Positions 34,962-35,571 of a stretch of DNA of 35,571 nucleotides are shown here, in pieces (position 1 is the stretch's first letter; each line of letters begins with the position of its first letter). The notes beneath the pieces were generated by a model, which made no database searches, had not been told where the DNA came from, and was given only the letters and a program-made list of their open reading frames with translations. A program made the translations under genes and the position numbers. Origin of the DNA: an uncultured Chitinophaga sp. (GTDB lineage: Bacteria > Bacteroidota > Bacteroidia > Chitinophagales > LD1); NCBI GenBank assembly GCA_964419635.1, contig CAYQRR010000001.1, positions 2,356-37,926 of the forward strand, given 5' to 3'.

Positions 34962-35571
34962 TTATTGGGCAGTAAGGATGGCCGCTATGCCCGACAAGTC
35001 CAGATCCGGAGTAGTGGTTCTTGTTTTTGTGTTGCGAAGAATAAACCGGCCCGACTGTACTTCATTTGCTCCAACCTCTACCATATACGGTATGTTTTTT
35101 TGCTCAACGTAGCCAAAGTGTTTTTGCTTTTTCACGTTGCCCAAAAATATTTCGGCCGGCAGGTTCAGGTTTCTCAACTGTTGCACCTGCTCAAAGGCAA
35201 ACAATTCGCAAGTGCTATCGCGCGGCACAAAGAGCACCTTTACTCCCTGGCTGATAGTATCGGGAAACAGATTCAATTCCTCCATTACATCATAAATGCG
35301 CTCAATGCCAAAACTAATACCTACGCCACTCATGTTTTGTCCACCAAACATTTCGGTAAGGTTGTCGTAGCGACCACCGCCACCAAGGGAGCCAATAGCG
35401 GAAGACGGACAAGAAATTTCCCAAATGGTTCCTGTGTAATAATCCAAACCGCGCATGAGTGAAGCCGAAAATGATACGGTTGTATCTTCGATAAAATGCT
35501 TCATAACCTCCTGCACTTCCAGAGAGGCTGCTGTATCTTTAAACGCAGCGTAGGGCTTATTGAAAAGGTAT
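34962..35571 (-). CDS. hisS: Histidine--tRNA ligase, C-terminal part (the 5' end lies beyond the window end)
   Basis: Contains motif 3 and the HisA-region GLDYYTGTIWEI...GGGRYDNL...GVGISFGIERI, and the anticodon-binding domain VLFVP...NIPYMVEVGANE. I translated 35517-35570 in the same frame (YLFNKPYAAFKDTAASLEVQE) and found no stop, so the gene continues past 35571. Confidence 0.9.
   Translation of the reverse strand, partial: YLFNKPYAAFKDTAASLEVQEVMKHFIEDTTVSFSASLMRGLDYYTGTIWEISCPSSAIGSLGGGGRYDNLTEMFGGQNMSGVGISFGIERIYDVMEELNLFPDTISQGVKVLFVPRDSTCELFAFEQVQQLRNLNLPAEIFLGNVKKQKHFGYVEQKNIPYMVEVGANEVQSGRFILRNTKTRTTTPDLDLSGIAAILTAQ

Overview
This 35.6 kb window looks like a chromosomal segment of a Bacteroidota genome. 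The evidence is two proteins with T9SS C-terminal sorting domains, several exact TAnnTTTG -7 promoter boxes, DUF4397/DUF4126/DUF4175-like genes and a class II NrdJ reductase. A Chitinophagaceae/Sphingobacteriia-like origin is only a guess. I support about 25 protein genes. I saw no rRNA, tRNA, CRISPR array, transposase or integrase. Housekeeping genes are nrdJ, glyQS, tadA, ruvC, mreBCD, hutH and a partial hisS, plus a GH13 alpha-glucosidase, an AraC regulator, a PHB-depolymerase-family esterase, a GT4 glycosyltransferase and a DinB-family protein. Predicted surface or secreted proteins are an ELWxxDGT-repeat T9SS protein, a PKD/T9SS protein, a 1301-aa adhesin or tail-fibre-like protein, and two lipoproteins. 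The clearest accessory region is a low-GC two-gene restriction-modification cassette at about 18.2-20.0 kb: a beta-class N6A/N4C methyltransferase whose stop overlaps the start of a MutH/Sau3AI-family nuclease. Next to it lie a protein with six 42-bp in-frame tandem repeats and a large B12-binding radical SAM enzyme with unusual Cx4Cx2C cysteine spacing. A second, orphan DNA-methyltransferase-like gene is packed between the glycosyltransferase and the DinB gene. I found no convincing evidence for an entirely new multi-gene system. The candidates most worth follow-up are listed under findings, with the inferential steps marked. Product calls rest on motifs I recognise by eye; no database search was run.
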